Source of the DNA: Cenarchaeum sp.
GTDB lineage: Archaea > Thermoproteota > Nitrososphaeria > Nitrososphaerales > Nitrosopumilaceae
DNA: 64,000 nucleotides
Direction: 5' to 3'
Assembly: GCA_965242695.1 (NCBI GenBank)
Contig: CBDESU010000002.1
Location: forward strand, 928,001 to 992,000
Shown: positions 40,608 through 50,992 of the stretch, one piece after another
Numbering within the stretch: the stretch's first letter is position 1
How the letters are laid out: each line of letters starts with the position of its first letter
The notes under the pieces: model-generated
Database searches by the model: none
The model's input: the letters and a program-made list of their open reading frames with translations, nothing else
Told to the model about the DNA's origin: nothing
Made by a program: the position numbers and the translations under genes

Positions 40608-41156
40608 GCCGCGCACGGGGGGGGGGGGGGGGCAAGGCGAGGGGCACGCGCCGCAGGCCTATCCGGCGGCTCACACGGGCCCGCCTTGAGCCGCGCTCCT
40701 GCTGATCTGCACCGCGCACCGCCGCCGGGTGCCACGGTACCCCAAAAGCTGCGTGCCGCCGCGAGCGGGGTGTGAGATATTGGGATGCCGAAACACCCTG
40801 CTTGCTTCAACTTGTTTATATAACGCAGGAGTCCTGCTCAACGTGATGGCTGCGCCGGCACCCGTCCCGCTAGCGCCGGCCGCGCCTAACGCATCCGCCG
40901 CTTTCGGCTGTCCATGCGGCGGGCGGTGTGACCGTTGCGGACGCGGGATGGGGCGCCGCCGCAGGCGCGCGGCTCCTGCACATCCTGTAGCGGCCACCGC
41001 GGGGATATTCCAACCCTCTTCGGGACCGAGCGGTGCGGCGGTGCACGGCGACACCAGGCATGCGGGCGGCGGCGGGAGCCTGCGCATCCCCGTAGACGAT
41101 CACGGGCCGCCGCCGCCTTTTTGCTCACAGGCCATTAGCACGCCCGGTGATCTCCG

Positions 41157-41717
41157 GTGAATGCGGGCACCAGAAACAGCTGCCTGTGGGCGGCCGCCGC
41201 CGTATCGGCCGCCGCCGCCTCATTCGCCGCCGGCATGCTCTACGGCATACCGATTGTCAGCATAGAGACCCACTACGATCTGGATCGGCTCACGCACAGG
41301 ATGGCTGACGCAATGAGAGAGTCCGGCGTGCACCTGACGTCGGCCAACTACGTCATCCTGGCCAGCGCCGACTTGGGGGCCGGCGCGCTAGTGTTCTTCC
41401 CCAACAACCTTGACGAGGGGATGTCCTGGGGGCATTCGTGGTCGAATGCATCAAAGGCCGTCACCAAGGAGTATTCGAACGGGACCAGGTTCTGGCAGCG
41501 GACGGACCACGACGGCAACGTGCTGAAGGAGTTTACCTTCCACGACGACCGGGACAAGCTGATCATGGTGATCGTCATGGACCACAAGACCGGCTACCTT
41601 AGCGAAGAGGAGCAGAAAAGGATTACGAGGGAGTTTTTCTCGGAAACGCTGTGCGACGTGGACTGTACGCGGCTTTCGGAGCCCAAGATTCCAGAGGGGG
41701 TTCTGTTTCCCCCGTAG
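41157..41717 (+). CDS. divergent orphan family B partner protein
   Basis: YGIPIVSIETHYDLDR, FPNNLD, NGTR, FHDDRDK match 26920 and 31435. Confidence 0.75.
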   Translation: MNAGTRNSCLWAAAAVSAAAASFAAGMLYGIPIVSIETHYDLDRLTHRMADAMRESGVHLTSANYVILASADLGAGALVFFPNNLDEGMSWGHSWSNASKAVTKEYSNGTRFWQRTDHDGNVLKEFTFHDDRDKLIMVIVMDHKTGYLSEEEQKRITREFFSETLCDVDCTRLSEPKIPEGVLFPP

Positions 41718-42623
41718 CCCTTGGACTTGCAGGCGAGCCGCGCGGCCGAGTGTCCGCCCCTGCCTGATCTCTGGCGCCGCCAAAAAGCCTTTGCAAGCTT
41801 GCAGGGCGGGCGCGGCCGTTTTGGCGCCCTGCCCGCTGGAGTCGGACGGCCCGCGCGGACATGAGCGCCGCCCCCGCAGGACGCGCCCCTCCCGCGGCCG
41901 AGCTGCTCTGTCCGGCTGCAGTATTGGGGGGCCGGCAGGCGGAGGCGGCGGGATGCATCGGTCTCTGATGGAGCCCACATCGTACGCTGCCCCGGCGGCC
42001 GACGCGCAGGCGGCTTGGCGAGGGCCGCCGGGCTCGCCGGGGTTGGCATGAGCCGGCGCGGCACGCCGCATCCGCTGCCGCCCTGAATAGGGGCCCCTCT
42101 GGCGCCCGGCGTCTTTCTTTTGCCGGATGCGGGCGATCTGGCCTAGCCTGCCACCGCCGCCCGGACGCCATCTGCCGTCCACGCCGCCGGATGCGCAGCC
42201 GAGATGGCCCGGCGCCCCGTCGAGCCCTCTTTGGAGACGATCTGGAACAGGCGCCCCGTCCAAGGCCGCGTCCGTCTGCATGCTCTGGCGCTCTCGGCCT
42301 GATCAGCTGCGACCGACGGCCCTGTGCGCTTCCGTTGACCCCGCTGGCATCGCGGGGGCCTGCCCCGAGCTGGGGCCGTTCCGCATGCGCGACTTGCCAG
42401 TCACTACTCTTGGCGGCAACTTGCGCGGGCCGGTGCTTGGGGCGGATGCTGGCGGCCGCACGCCGGCACGCGCGGCGGCAGGGGCGGGGATGCGTTGGGG
42501 CCGCGCGGTTCTGCCCGCCCGCCGCTTGCCGGCGCCGCCGCGGCATGCGGTGCGGCCGATGCGGGCCCCCTGCGGCCAGCGCGCGCCGCCCCGCCCTGTT
42601 TAGCTTAAATAGGGCGCACGGGC

Positions 42624-44411
42624 ATGCCGATCGTGGTTGCGAGTGCCGCCGTTCAGGCGCTGCCGCTGGCCGCCCTGGCGGCGGCCGTACTGGCCGCTGC
42701 CGCGCCGGCCCTGGCAGGCGACGCCTACGGCCACGGCCTCGGCGGCGACGTGGCACCCCCTATCGACTTTGGGGGCATGAGCGTGACGGTCAGCACGCAG
42801 CTCGACCCGTCCGACATTACGGTCGGCGAGATAGACACGGCCAACATGGCCGTGCGGTTCTACGACGCCGACACGGACGAGACGCTTGAAAAGGTCACGT
42901 ACAGGATCGAGGTGTGGAGGAGCGGCGAGCTGCTCGCGCGCCACCTCTTCTACGACGACGACGGCAACCTCGACGTCGAGGTGCGGCCGGTCCTTGACTG
43001 CACCGAGCCGGACCTGTGGCGGTGCACCACCTACGGCGGGTCCGAGCACGTCAGCGCGCCGGGCGCGCTGTACGTGTTCGGGGACGGCCGGCCGACGATC
43101 AGGGGCCCGATCTTCGACAAGGGCGGCCTGTACAACATCCGCGTCGACATAGAGGCGGCGACTAGCCCCGAGACGCTCCTCACCGAGCGGCTCACGTACG
43201 ACACGTTCGTTAGCGTAGCGCAGGAGCAGCCCTTTGCGATACCGGCGGCCGAGGCGGCCACGCAGGCCGACGTGCCGGTCGTGATCAAGACGTACTACGA
43301 CGAGGTCGACAACTTTAGGTTCGACCCGTCGGACAGCTCGGTCACGTTCGACATGCCTTTCGACTGGTCGCCCGAGTACATCGAGCTCGTCACGATGGTC
43401 CACGAGGAGCTCCAGTTCCCAAAGTCGTTCGCTCCGTACGCCGAGGGCACGTCGTTCCGCGGGTACGTCGACGGCGTAGAGGTCGACAAGCGGGTGCTCC
43501 TCCTCGACCCGTACTCGTACGAGGACAGGAACATTGCGCACTTTCTGGTCGGCGGCGACGAGCTGAAGCGCATCAACGAGGTGCTCGGCGAGGAGCACGA
43601 GCGCAGCGGGCTGATGACGTTCAGGCTGGTGCCCGACGCGGCGGCGTCAAAAAACACGATCGAGTCGTACATGGTCGACCCCTCGACGGGCGAGAGGGTC
43701 CCCTCGAGCGTCAGCGTCTCGTGGGACGACTGGCAGGGCGCCGGCGACGAGATACCGTTTGAGATCACGTTCTTTGACGGGGACGGCAACCTGCTGCGCG
43801 ATGCGAGGTACGCGTACTACCTGTTCGGGACCGGCGGCGAAAAGATGCTAGAGGCGGGGACGGCCGTGGACGACCCGACCGACTTTGGCATAGAGGCAAT
43901 CGAGGGAATCGACTACCAGACGCTCACGCTTCCCGACCCGGGACAGTACAGGCTCGACGTGGCCATACTGGGGACGGGAACCGACTACGACCAGACGCAC
44001 GCCGGGATAGCGTCCGTCCTGATCGAGGTGGGGCCGGGCGGGCGGGGGCCACCCGATGCCGCAGGTGCCGATGCCGCCGAAGTGTCTGCAGTCCCGGGGT
44101 GGATACGCTCGTCGGCCGGGTACTGGGTAGGCGGCGAGACGACAGACGCCGAGTTTGTCGCGTCCGTAGAGTTCCTGATAAGCGAGGGCATCATCGAGGT
44201 GCCGCCGGCGCCCGGGCGGCAGGGCACCGCCGCTGTCGGCGCAGCGGCGGCGGCGGCGGCCGCCGGCCCGTCCGTGCCGGCGTGGGTCAAGACGACCGTC
44301 GGGTACTGGGTCGACGGCGCGATATCCGACTCCGAGTTCGTCGGCGCGCTGCAGTTTTTGATCGGCGAGGGGATCGTGAGCATCGGGGCGGCGGGGGCAG
44401 GAGGCCCGTGA
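42624..44411 (+). CDS. exported thaumarchaeal surface protein with two C-terminal PxW(I/V)..GYW..D.EF domains
   Basis: Signal ..AYG-HGLGGD; MPFDWS; [12 protein letters not shown] and [12 protein letters not shown] repeats. Confidence 0.85.
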   Translation: MPIVVASAAVQALPLAALAAAVLAAAAPALAGDAYGHGLGGDVAPPIDFGGMSVTVSTQLDPSDITVGEIDTANMAVRFYDADTDETLEKVTYRIEVWRSGELLARHLFYDDDGNLDVEVRPVLDCTEPDLWRCTTYGGSEHVSAPGALYVFGDGRPTIRGPIFDKGGLYNIRVDIEAATSPETLLTERLTYDTFVSVAQEQPFAIPAAEAATQADVPVVIKTYYDEVDNFRFDPSDSSVTFDMPFDWSPEYIELVTMVHEELQFPKSFAPYAEGTSFRGYVDGVEVDKRVLLLDPYSYEDRNIAHFLVGGDELKRINEVLGEEHERSGLMTFRLVPDAAASKNTIESYMVDPSTGERVPSSVSVSWDDWQGAGDEIPFEITFFDGDGNLLRDARYAYYLFGTGGEKMLEAGTAVDDPTDFGIEAIEGIDYQTLTLPDPGQYRLDVAILGTGTDYDQTHAGIASVLIEVGPGGRGPPDAAGADAAEVSAVPGWIRSSAGYWVGGETTDAEFVASVEFLISEGIIEVPPAPGRQGTAAVGAAAAAAAAGPSVPAWVKTTVGYWVDGAISDSEFVGALQFLIGEGIVSIGAAGAGGP

Positions 44412-44614
44412 GAGACGTCAACGACGCGCTCCCAAGGTCGCCGTCGATGAAGTGGGGCGTCCTGACGAACATGCTCCCGACGCCGCGCCGAGTCCTTGAG
44501 ATGGACAGGATATTCCCCGACGACGGCAGGTGGCACACGGTCCTCGAGGAGCGCGACCAGGTCCACGTGGACGGCCGCCGCGTGTGGAAGAAGGCGCCGC
44601 GGTCCTGGACGTAG
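44408..44614 (+). CDS. small hypothetical protein
   Basis: GTGA overlap with the previous stop; KWGVLTN..DGRWHTV. Confidence 0.6.
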   Translation: MRDVNDALPRSPSMKWGVLTNMLPTPRRVLEMDRIFPDDGRWHTVLEERDQVHVDGRRVWKKAPRSWT

Positions 44615-44794
44615 CCGCAGCACAGGGCCCGGCGCGGCGGTAGCCTCCCGCCCCTACCCCGCGCCCACGCGCTAGGCGCCCGCAGAGCGCAGCGCGGCGG
44701 CGCGAATTCGGGCGGCCGGAGGCGCGGAGACCAAGCCCGGCCCCGATCCCGCAGAGCGCTAGAGATTATTAGCGGCGCGCGGGCGCGTTGCGCC

Positions 44795-46057
44795 GTGCAG
44801 CCGCGCATCGCACTGGCCGCATCCGCCGCGGCCCTGCTCGCATCTCTGGCCCTCCCCGCCGCGTCCGCCGACATGTGGGTGGACGGGGCCGGCAGGGGCG
44901 GCCACGATCCGGCCGGATTCCTCGGCCAGGACGGCAGGTACGTCGTCGCCGGCGTCGTAAAGAGCTCCGAGGCGCGCCCCACCGCGCCGGTCGTGACGGT
45001 GGCGGTCGAGGGGCACGGCGGCGAGTGGTCCGCCTCGCGCACGTTCGCAATGCCGTCGATCCCTGCCGGAGGCGAGCTGCCGTTCCGCGTCGCACTTCCC
45101 GTCCCCGACGGCGCCTCCGTTGCGGGGCACAAGGCTGCGGTCGACGGGTTCGCCGCCGGGGTCGGCCTGGGCGAGCCGGACGGCGCAGAGGTCGTGTACG
45201 ACCGCACGTTGCGCGTGCACGAGGATGGGAGTGTCACGGGCCGCATACGCAACTCCGGCACTAGCGAGCTGCCCGGCGTCCTCGTCGTGGCCGTCGCACA
45301 CGGACGGTCGCACGAGGTCCTCGACGTCGTCGCAACCGACGGCCCCGTCGGCCCGATACCGCCCGGCGGCCACGCCGACTTTGAGATGCGGCCCGACCCG
45401 TCGGTCGGGCCGGACGTGTGGTACTACAGCTGCTTCGGCGTCGGCGAGCCGGGAATCGTCGTGCTCCAGCCTATGCGCAACGGCGAGCCGTTCCCCATGC
45501 GGTACACGACGGGCGTGCTCCTCTCGTACCCGAGCTTTGACGAGGCCGGCGAGACGCTCTCGATAAAGATCAGCCCCGGCTGGCCGCTGCAGACGTACGT
45601 AAACCTAGAGTTCCCCCGCCACTCGGACGGCGAGGAATTCACCATCCTCCTCGACGGCGGGCCGGCCGATGCGCTGCAGAGCCGCGACGACATGGGCAAC
45701 TGGCACGTCTCGCTCAACATCGAGGAGCAGTACGACGGAATGCTGACGATCTCGGGGTTCGCGCCCGGCACGACGTCGGCCGACCGTCGTGTCGAGGTGC
45801 CGGCGTGGATACGCGACGAGGCCGGCGAGTGGTCGCTCGGGCAGGTCGGCGACGAGCGGTTCCTCGAGAACCTGGCCTACCTGGCAGGCGGAGGGGTGAT
45901 CGACGCCGGCGCGGCCGGGCAGGCGGAGGGGGCCCCCGCCGTGCCGCCCTGGGTCAGGGACAGCGCGGCGTGGTGGTCGCAGGGGCTCGTCTCCGACGCC
46001 GAGTTCGTCGATGCCGTCGAGCACCTCTTGTCCATCGGCGCCATACGCATAGCCTGA
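44795..46057 (+). CDS. exported protein with Ig-like (FxLYD-like) region and two PxW C-terminal domains
   Basis: Signal peptide; VTGRIRNSG; VPAWIR and VPPWVR repeats. Confidence 0.8.
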   Translation: MQPRIALAASAAALLASLALPAASADMWVDGAGRGGHDPAGFLGQDGRYVVAGVVKSSEARPTAPVVTVAVEGHGGEWSASRTFAMPSIPAGGELPFRVALPVPDGASVAGHKAAVDGFAAGVGLGEPDGAEVVYDRTLRVHEDGSVTGRIRNSGTSELPGVLVVAVAHGRSHEVLDVVATDGPVGPIPPGGHADFEMRPDPSVGPDVWYYSCFGVGEPGIVVLQPMRNGEPFPMRYTTGVLLSYPSFDEAGETLSIKISPGWPLQTYVNLEFPRHSDGEEFTILLDGGPADALQSRDDMGNWHVSLNIEEQYDGMLTISGFAPGTTSADRRVEVPAWIRDEAGEWSLGQVGDERFLENLAYLAGGGVIDAGAAGQAEGAPAVPPWVRDSAAWWSQGLVSDAEFVDAVEHLLSIGAIRIA

Positions 46058-46119
46058 CGGCGGGGCGCCGCGGCCCCCCGCCGCCACCATGATATATCCC
46101 GCCCGCCCGCGGCCCGCCC

Positions 46120-46938
46120 GTGTTTCCCCTAAAGGACGAGAACCCGCACTCGTCGGGGTTCAAGCCGTGGGTGACGCGCCTGCTCCTGGTCGCCAACGTG
46201 GCCGTCTTCCTCTACGAGATCGCCTACACGGGGCAGTTCTGGGAGTTCGGCAACGCCCGCGCCGCGCAGCTGTTCTTCGAGTGGGGCGCGGTCCCCAACT
46301 GCATCACCGGCGGCGGCACGATATCGCACCCCGGGTTCGAGATACCCTGCCCGTCCTCACCGCACCTCACGCTCATCACGTCCACGTTCCTGCACGGCGG
46401 CCTGATGCACCTGGGCGGCAACATGCTCTTCCTGTGGATATTCGGCGACAACATAGAGCACAGGTTCGGCCGCCTAAAGTTCCTGGGGATATACCTGGGG
46501 TGGGGCGTGGCCGCCGGCCTGGCCCACATAGCGATCGAGCCGGCGAGCTCGGTGCCCGCCGTCGGCGCGTCCGGGGCCATATCGGGCATACTCGGCGCGT
46601 ACCTGATCATATTCCCGCGCGTCAAGATACGCACGTTCCTCATGCTCGGGTTCTTCTGGCAGATGATACGCATACCGGCAAAGTGGTTCCTGCCGTTCTG
46701 GCTCGTCTTCCAGAACCTCCTGCCGTTTTTCATCGGCGGGTTCGGGTTCGGCGCCGGCGGGGTCGCGTACATGGCCCACATCGGCGGCTTTGCGATAGGG
46801 TTTGCGACCGGCTACCTGTACAAGAAGCTGTACGGCGCGCCCGAGTTCACCTACGGCACGAGGTACGGCTGGCGGGGCGACCGCGACGAGTACGACGGGC
46901 GCGGCTACGACGACGACAGCCGCCGAAGCTGGATATGA
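46120..46938 (+). CDS. rhomboid intramembrane serine protease
   Basis: FLHGG..HLGGNM, GASG, AHIGG. Confidence 0.95.
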   Translation: MFPLKDENPHSSGFKPWVTRLLLVANVAVFLYEIAYTGQFWEFGNARAAQLFFEWGAVPNCITGGGTISHPGFEIPCPSSPHLTLITSTFLHGGLMHLGGNMLFLWIFGDNIEHRFGRLKFLGIYLGWGVAAGLAHIAIEPASSVPAVGASGAISGILGAYLIIFPRVKIRTFLMLGFFWQMIRIPAKWFLPFWLVFQNLLPFFIGGFGFGAGGVAYMAHIGGFAIGFATGYLYKKLYGAPEFTYGTRYGWRGDRDEYDGRGYDDDSRRSWI

Positions 46939-47217
46939 CGGCGCGCGGCGCGGGCAGAGGCGGAGGCGGAGGCCGCGGCCGATCCGCCGCGGCCGCTTGC
47001 GGCGTTGCCGCCGCCGCTCTCTTCTTTCCGCCGCCGGATGCCGTGCAAAGGGGGGTGCCCTGCGCGGATACTCGGATCGCGCGGGCGCCCGTCCGCGCCG
47101 ATCCGCCGGACGCCCCTTGCTTTGGGAGCCCGCCGCCGCTCCGACTCGCGGGCAGCGCCCCGCCCGCGGCCGGATATGCCGCCCCTCCCTCCTTTGCCTT
47201 CGCCCCTGCCGCCTCTT

Positions 47218-47386
47218 GCCGCCCGCCGCGGCAATCCGCATGCGCCCTTTTGGCTCGGGAACGCCGCGTCGCCTCGCGGGCGATGCCGCCCGCCTCCTGC
47301 CGCCCGCCGCGGCAATCCGCATGCGCCCTTTTGGCTCGGGAACGCCGCGTCGCCTCGCGGGCGATGCCGCCCGCCTCCTGCCGCCC
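47218..47386. repeat. 81-bp tandem duplication
   Basis: GGCAATCCGCATGCGCCCTTTTGG at 47230 and 47311. Confidence 0.88.
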
Positions 47387-47485
47387 ACCGCGGCCAATCG
47401 GCCGCCCGGCGCGCATTCCAAGGACATGTTATACCGCGGTGTCGCGTCCGCGCCCCTTAACTAGCGCCGCGCGGCCGGCCCCGGC

Positions 47486-47830
47486 ATGGAAACACAAACC
47501 CAGAACGCAGGCGAGACGACGACCCCGTGGGTCATGCTCGGCAGCGCCAAGGAAGACGCCAACCCGGGCAGCGCCGACGGCATTGCCGCGGCCGTCCGGT
47601 CGATCATAGACGACTGGCACTCGGCGGGCCGCATAATGTGGTCCGGCTCGCTCGGCAACGGGCGGTCGGGCATGGCGGTGTTCGAGGCGACGCGCGGCGA
47701 CGCCGAGGCGCTGTTCCGGCGGTACCGCGACGCATGCGGCGAGTCGCTCGACTGCTTCCTGTACGAGTGGGATGCGATGCCGATACTCTCGCTCCTGTCG
47801 GGCGGGAAGGCGGCCGCGCAGGCCCAATGA
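47486..47830 (+). CDS. hypothetical protein (possibly YCII-like dimeric alpha/beta barrel)
   Basis: WSG....GMAVFEAT pattern; TATA-like CTTAA upstream. Confidence 0.65.
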   Translation: METQTQNAGETTTPWVMLGSAKEDANPGSADGIAAAVRSIIDDWHSAGRIMWSGSLGNGRSGMAVFEATRGDAEALFRRYRDACGESLDCFLYEWDAMPILSLLSGGKAAAQAQ

Positions 47831-48009
47831 ACGCCGAGCTGTGCAGGCGGTGCGGGTGCCCGACAAGGGGCCACCGCGCGTGCCGCGTCTGCCGCCTGGT
47901 CACGGCCACCCGGTGCGGGTGCTGCGGCCATACGGAGGCGGTCCAGACGCACGTGCACCACCGCGCCCGCCCGCGCACCGTTGCCGCCGCGCGCCCGCCC
48001 CCCGCATAG
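47827..48009 (+). CDS. small Cys/His-rich zinc-finger protein
   Basis: CRRC, CRVC, CGCC, HVHH; ATGA-coupled. Confidence 0.6.
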   Translation: MNAELCRRCGCPTRGHRACRVCRLVTATRCGCCGHTEAVQTHVHHRARPRTVAAARPPPA

Positions 48010-48129
48010 GGCCGCATGCGGCCGGCGGGGGAGGGCGCGTTATCCCGCTCGCCCGGCGATGCCGGCCGCAGCCGCGCGCCACTGCGGCCGCGCGGCAGGG
48101 ATAAATTGGGCCGGCCGCCGGCCCCGGCC

Positions 48130-48315
48130 ATGCCACTGGTAAACATCTCGATGTATCCGGGCAGGACGCAGCAGCAAAAGGACGACTTTGCGAGGGCCGT
48201 GACCGACTCGGCGATGAAGATACTCGGCGCAAAGGCCGAGCACGTCATCGTCGTGTTCGAGGAGCACCCGCCGTCGCACTGGTTCGTCGGCGGCAAGCCG
48301 CTCGGATCCGCGTAG
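48130..48315 (+). CDS. 4-oxalocrotonate tautomerase family protein
   Basis: Pro-1 (MPLVNI), GRT.QQK, W.VGG; 61 aa. Confidence 0.92.
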   Translation: MPLVNISMYPGRTQQQKDDFARAVTDSAMKILGAKAEHVIVVFEEHPPSHWFVGGKPLGSA

Positions 48316-48385
48316 GGCGCGATTCAAGCACCGCGCCCCTCCCGGGCCCCGACGGTTTAAAGCCGCCGCCGCGCCCGTTTTTTGC

Positions 48386-49216
48386 GTGGCGCGCATCGCC
48401 GTAGTCCAGATGAGGGCGTCGACTGAAAAGGAGGCCAACCTGAGGCACGTACTGTCGTGCATATCGAGGGCGGCAAGGGGAGGCGCCTCGCTCGTCGCGT
48501 TTCCCGAGTACATGATGTTTTATACCCCGTCGTCGCAGACGCCGGCGCAGCTGGCCGCCCTCTCCGAGCGGCGCGACGGCCCGTTCGTCTCGGCCGTGGC
48601 CGACGCGGCCGCCCTGCACGGGATAGAGGTCGTCGGCACGTTCTACGAGAGGGGCCGCGCCCAGAGCAGGAGGGTGTACGACTCGTCGTTCCACGTGGAC
48701 GCCGGCGGCCGCCTCGTGTCGCTGTACCGCAAGATCCACCTGTACGACGCTCTCGGGTTTCGCGAGTCCGACAAGATGGCGCCAGGCCGGTCGATCGCCG
48801 CGCCCGCCCGGTCGGCCGCGCTCGGCAGCCTCGGGATGATGGTCTGCTACGACCTGCGGTTCCCCGAGATGTCGCGGACGCTAGCGCAGGCAGGCTCGGA
48901 CGCCATAGTCGCCCCGTCGGCCTGGGTCCGGGGCCGCCTCAAGGAGGACCACTGGATCACGATCAACCGAGCGCGCGCCATCGAGAACGGCTGCTACATG
49001 GTATCGCCTGACCAGGTCGGCAACATCTACTGCGGCCGGAGCATCGTCGTCGACCCGTTCGGGGAGGTGCTGCTCGACATGGGCAAGCGCCGCGGAATAG
49101 GGTACGCCGAGGTGGACCTGGCCGTGGTCGAAAAGACGCGCCGCGACCTGCCGCTGCTGAAGAGCAGGCGCACGGACGTCTATCCGAGCTTCAGGCTGGC
49201 GGGGGCGCAGCCCTAG
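48386..49216 (+). CDS. carbon-nitrogen hydrolase (Nit1-like)
   Basis: FPE, YRKIHL, CYDLRFPE catalytic triad, ARAIEN. Confidence 0.93.
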   Translation: MARIAVVQMRASTEKEANLRHVLSCISRAARGGASLVAFPEYMMFYTPSSQTPAQLAALSERRDGPFVSAVADAAALHGIEVVGTFYERGRAQSRRVYDSSFHVDAGGRLVSLYRKIHLYDALGFRESDKMAPGRSIAAPARSAALGSLGMMVCYDLRFPEMSRTLAQAGSDAIVAPSAWVRGRLKEDHWITINRARAIENGCYMVSPDQVGNIYCGRSIVVDPFGEVLLDMGKRRGIGYAEVDLAVVEKTRRDLPLLKSRRTDVYPSFRLAGAQP

Positions 49217-49937
49217 TCGGGCAGCGCGCGTTCGAGCACTGCCTGGTCCACTTTTGGTTCCTCGTGTAGCGGAATATGACCATGGGCCAGGCGCACGCGG
49301 GGCACGGCTGCTTGAGGGCGCGCAGCCTGGCCTTTTGCAGGAGGGGCGAGGATGCGTCGCAGCCGCCGTAGTAGTTTGAGCACCCGATGAAGCGCTTCCT
49401 GGTCGCCTTTGACCGCACGACCATGAGCTGGCCGAGGCCGCACTCGGGGCACGGCACGAGGCCGCCCTTTGGCTCGTTGGTGCCGAGTATGACGAACTTT
49501 TTTGCCGCCGCCGACCACGACAGGAACCCGCCGGCGTCGTAATACTGGAGTATCTCCGCCCTGAGCGACTCGGTGGCCCTCTTGCCGTGACCCGTCGTGT
49601 GGCGCTGTATGGGCTTGGCGGCAGTGGCCGCGCGCCTCCTCGGCCTAGCCCTGCCGGCCGCCGGAGCCGGCTTGCCCGTGGACGCGCGCCGTCGGGGCCT
49701 GGCCTTTGAGGCCGAGGGCGCCGCCTTGCCGGTTGCCGCCGCGCGCCTCCTCGGCCTGGCCTTGCCGGCCGCCGCGCGCCTCTTGCCGGGGCGTCCTGCT
49801 GATGCAGCTGGCCGAGATCCGCCTTGCCGCCCCGTCGCCCTGGCCTTGCCGCCGGTTCGCTTGCCGCCCTCTTTTGCCCTGCCCGCCTTGGCGCCCTTTG
49901 TGGACCTTTTTCCCGCCTTCACTCTGCCGTGCGGCAT
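49191..49937 (-). CDS. topoisomerase-type C4 zinc-finger protein with basic Lys/Arg/Ala-rich N-terminus
   Basis: CPECG..RFIGCSNY..C, CPAC..CSNARC; repeated GKARPRRRAA. Confidence 0.8.
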   Translation of the reverse strand: MPHGRVKAGKRSTKGAKAGRAKEGGKRTGGKARATGRQGGSRPAASAGRPGKRRAAAGKARPRRRAAATGKAAPSASKARPRRRASTGKPAPAAGRARPRRRAATAAKPIQRHTTGHGKRATESLRAEILQYYDAGGFLSWSAAAKKFVILGTNEPKGGLVPCPECGLGQLMVVRSKATRKRFIGCSNYYGGCDASSPLLQKARLRALKQPCPACAWPMVIFRYTRNQKWTRQCSNARCPTRAAPPPA

Positions 49938-50052
49938 GCAGGGTGCTAAAACGATTCCCTAACGCCTCCGACTTTGTCTTTCCCATTCACTGGTTGATTG
50001 GGGACCGCATCGCATGCAACGGCAACGAGACCCGCGCCGCGCGCCGCGCGGC

Positions 50053-50844
50053 TCAGCAAAAATTCTGCACGGCCAGGACGCTTTCGTCGTCCCCTATGGC
50101 CACCCCTACCCCGAGCGAGTTGTGGTACGGGTTGAGTATGTTCTGGCGGTGGCCAGGACTTGTAAGCCACATGTCCATGAGGTCAGCGGCCATCCCGTCC
50201 TCGCCGTCCAGCCAGTTGTACTTGGGCAGCCACCACAGGCTCACCACCGACGAGTACGTATAGCTGCTGGCTATGTTCTCTGCTATGCCGTATGATCCGT
50301 CGCTCCTGTGGCAGGCGTGGCCGGCGGCAAGCCCGCGACCCATCGGGGTGATCCCCTCCGGGTTGTCGTGCGAATAGTATCCCCTTGCCTGCATGTCCAT
50401 CGCATGGGAGTACGCCAGGGCGTCGACTCCGGGATCCCTCGCTACGTAGCCCAGGCCGTAGGCGGCCCTCACTGCGTTGACCCGGTCGTGGATGTGGTCC
50501 TCGACCGCCTCCCTGTCGAACCCCGACGACATCCTGCCTATGTCGTCGGCGCCGCCCGACGCAACGATGGATGCGACAACCACAATGGCGGTGAGCGCGA
50601 CGCCGAGCCCGATAAAATACAGGAACCTCACCAGTATCGAGCGGCCGAGCGACGCAAGCGATGCGCCAATTCTGCGCCTGCGCTTGCGGCCCCGCCTGCG
50701 CCTGCGCCTGCGGCCGCACTCGGGGCACCCTCTGCCAAACCACCCGCGTCCGCCGCATCTTCGGCACCGCACATGCGACCAACGCGGGCTGCCCCTATAA
50801 CCGCATGCCGGAACGGCCGGCACTAGCAGGGTGCGGGGCGGCAT
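50053..50844 (-). CDS. membrane-anchored CAP (SCP) domain protein with N-terminal Zn ribbon; start uncertain
   Basis: HAMDM..YYSH, AENIA, W..SPGHRQNIL, GVG, QNF. Confidence 0.85.
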   Translation of the reverse strand: MPPRTLLVPAVPACGYRGSPRWSHVRCRRCGGRGWFGRGCPECGRRRRRRRGRKRRRRIGASLASLGRSILVRFLYFIGLGVALTAIVVVASIVASGGADDIGRMSSGFDREAVEDHIHDRVNAVRAAYGLGYVARDPGVDALAYSHAMDMQARGYYSHDNPEGITPMGRGLAAGHACHRSDGSYGIAENIASSYTYSSVVSLWWLPKYNWLDGEDGMAADLMDMWLTSPGHRQNILNPYHNSLGVGVAIGDDESVLAVQNFC

Positions 50845-50992
50845 GGCGGGCTGCCGCCCCCGCAGGCGCTTCACGCTGCCTGCGCTTGCCGCCCCCCCGC
50901 AAGCGCATTCCGTCACTGCGGAGCGGCGAGTCCCGGCTGGGCGCCTCATGCCCTAAGTGGTCGTTATTATTACGCCCCCTCGCGGCATCCTT

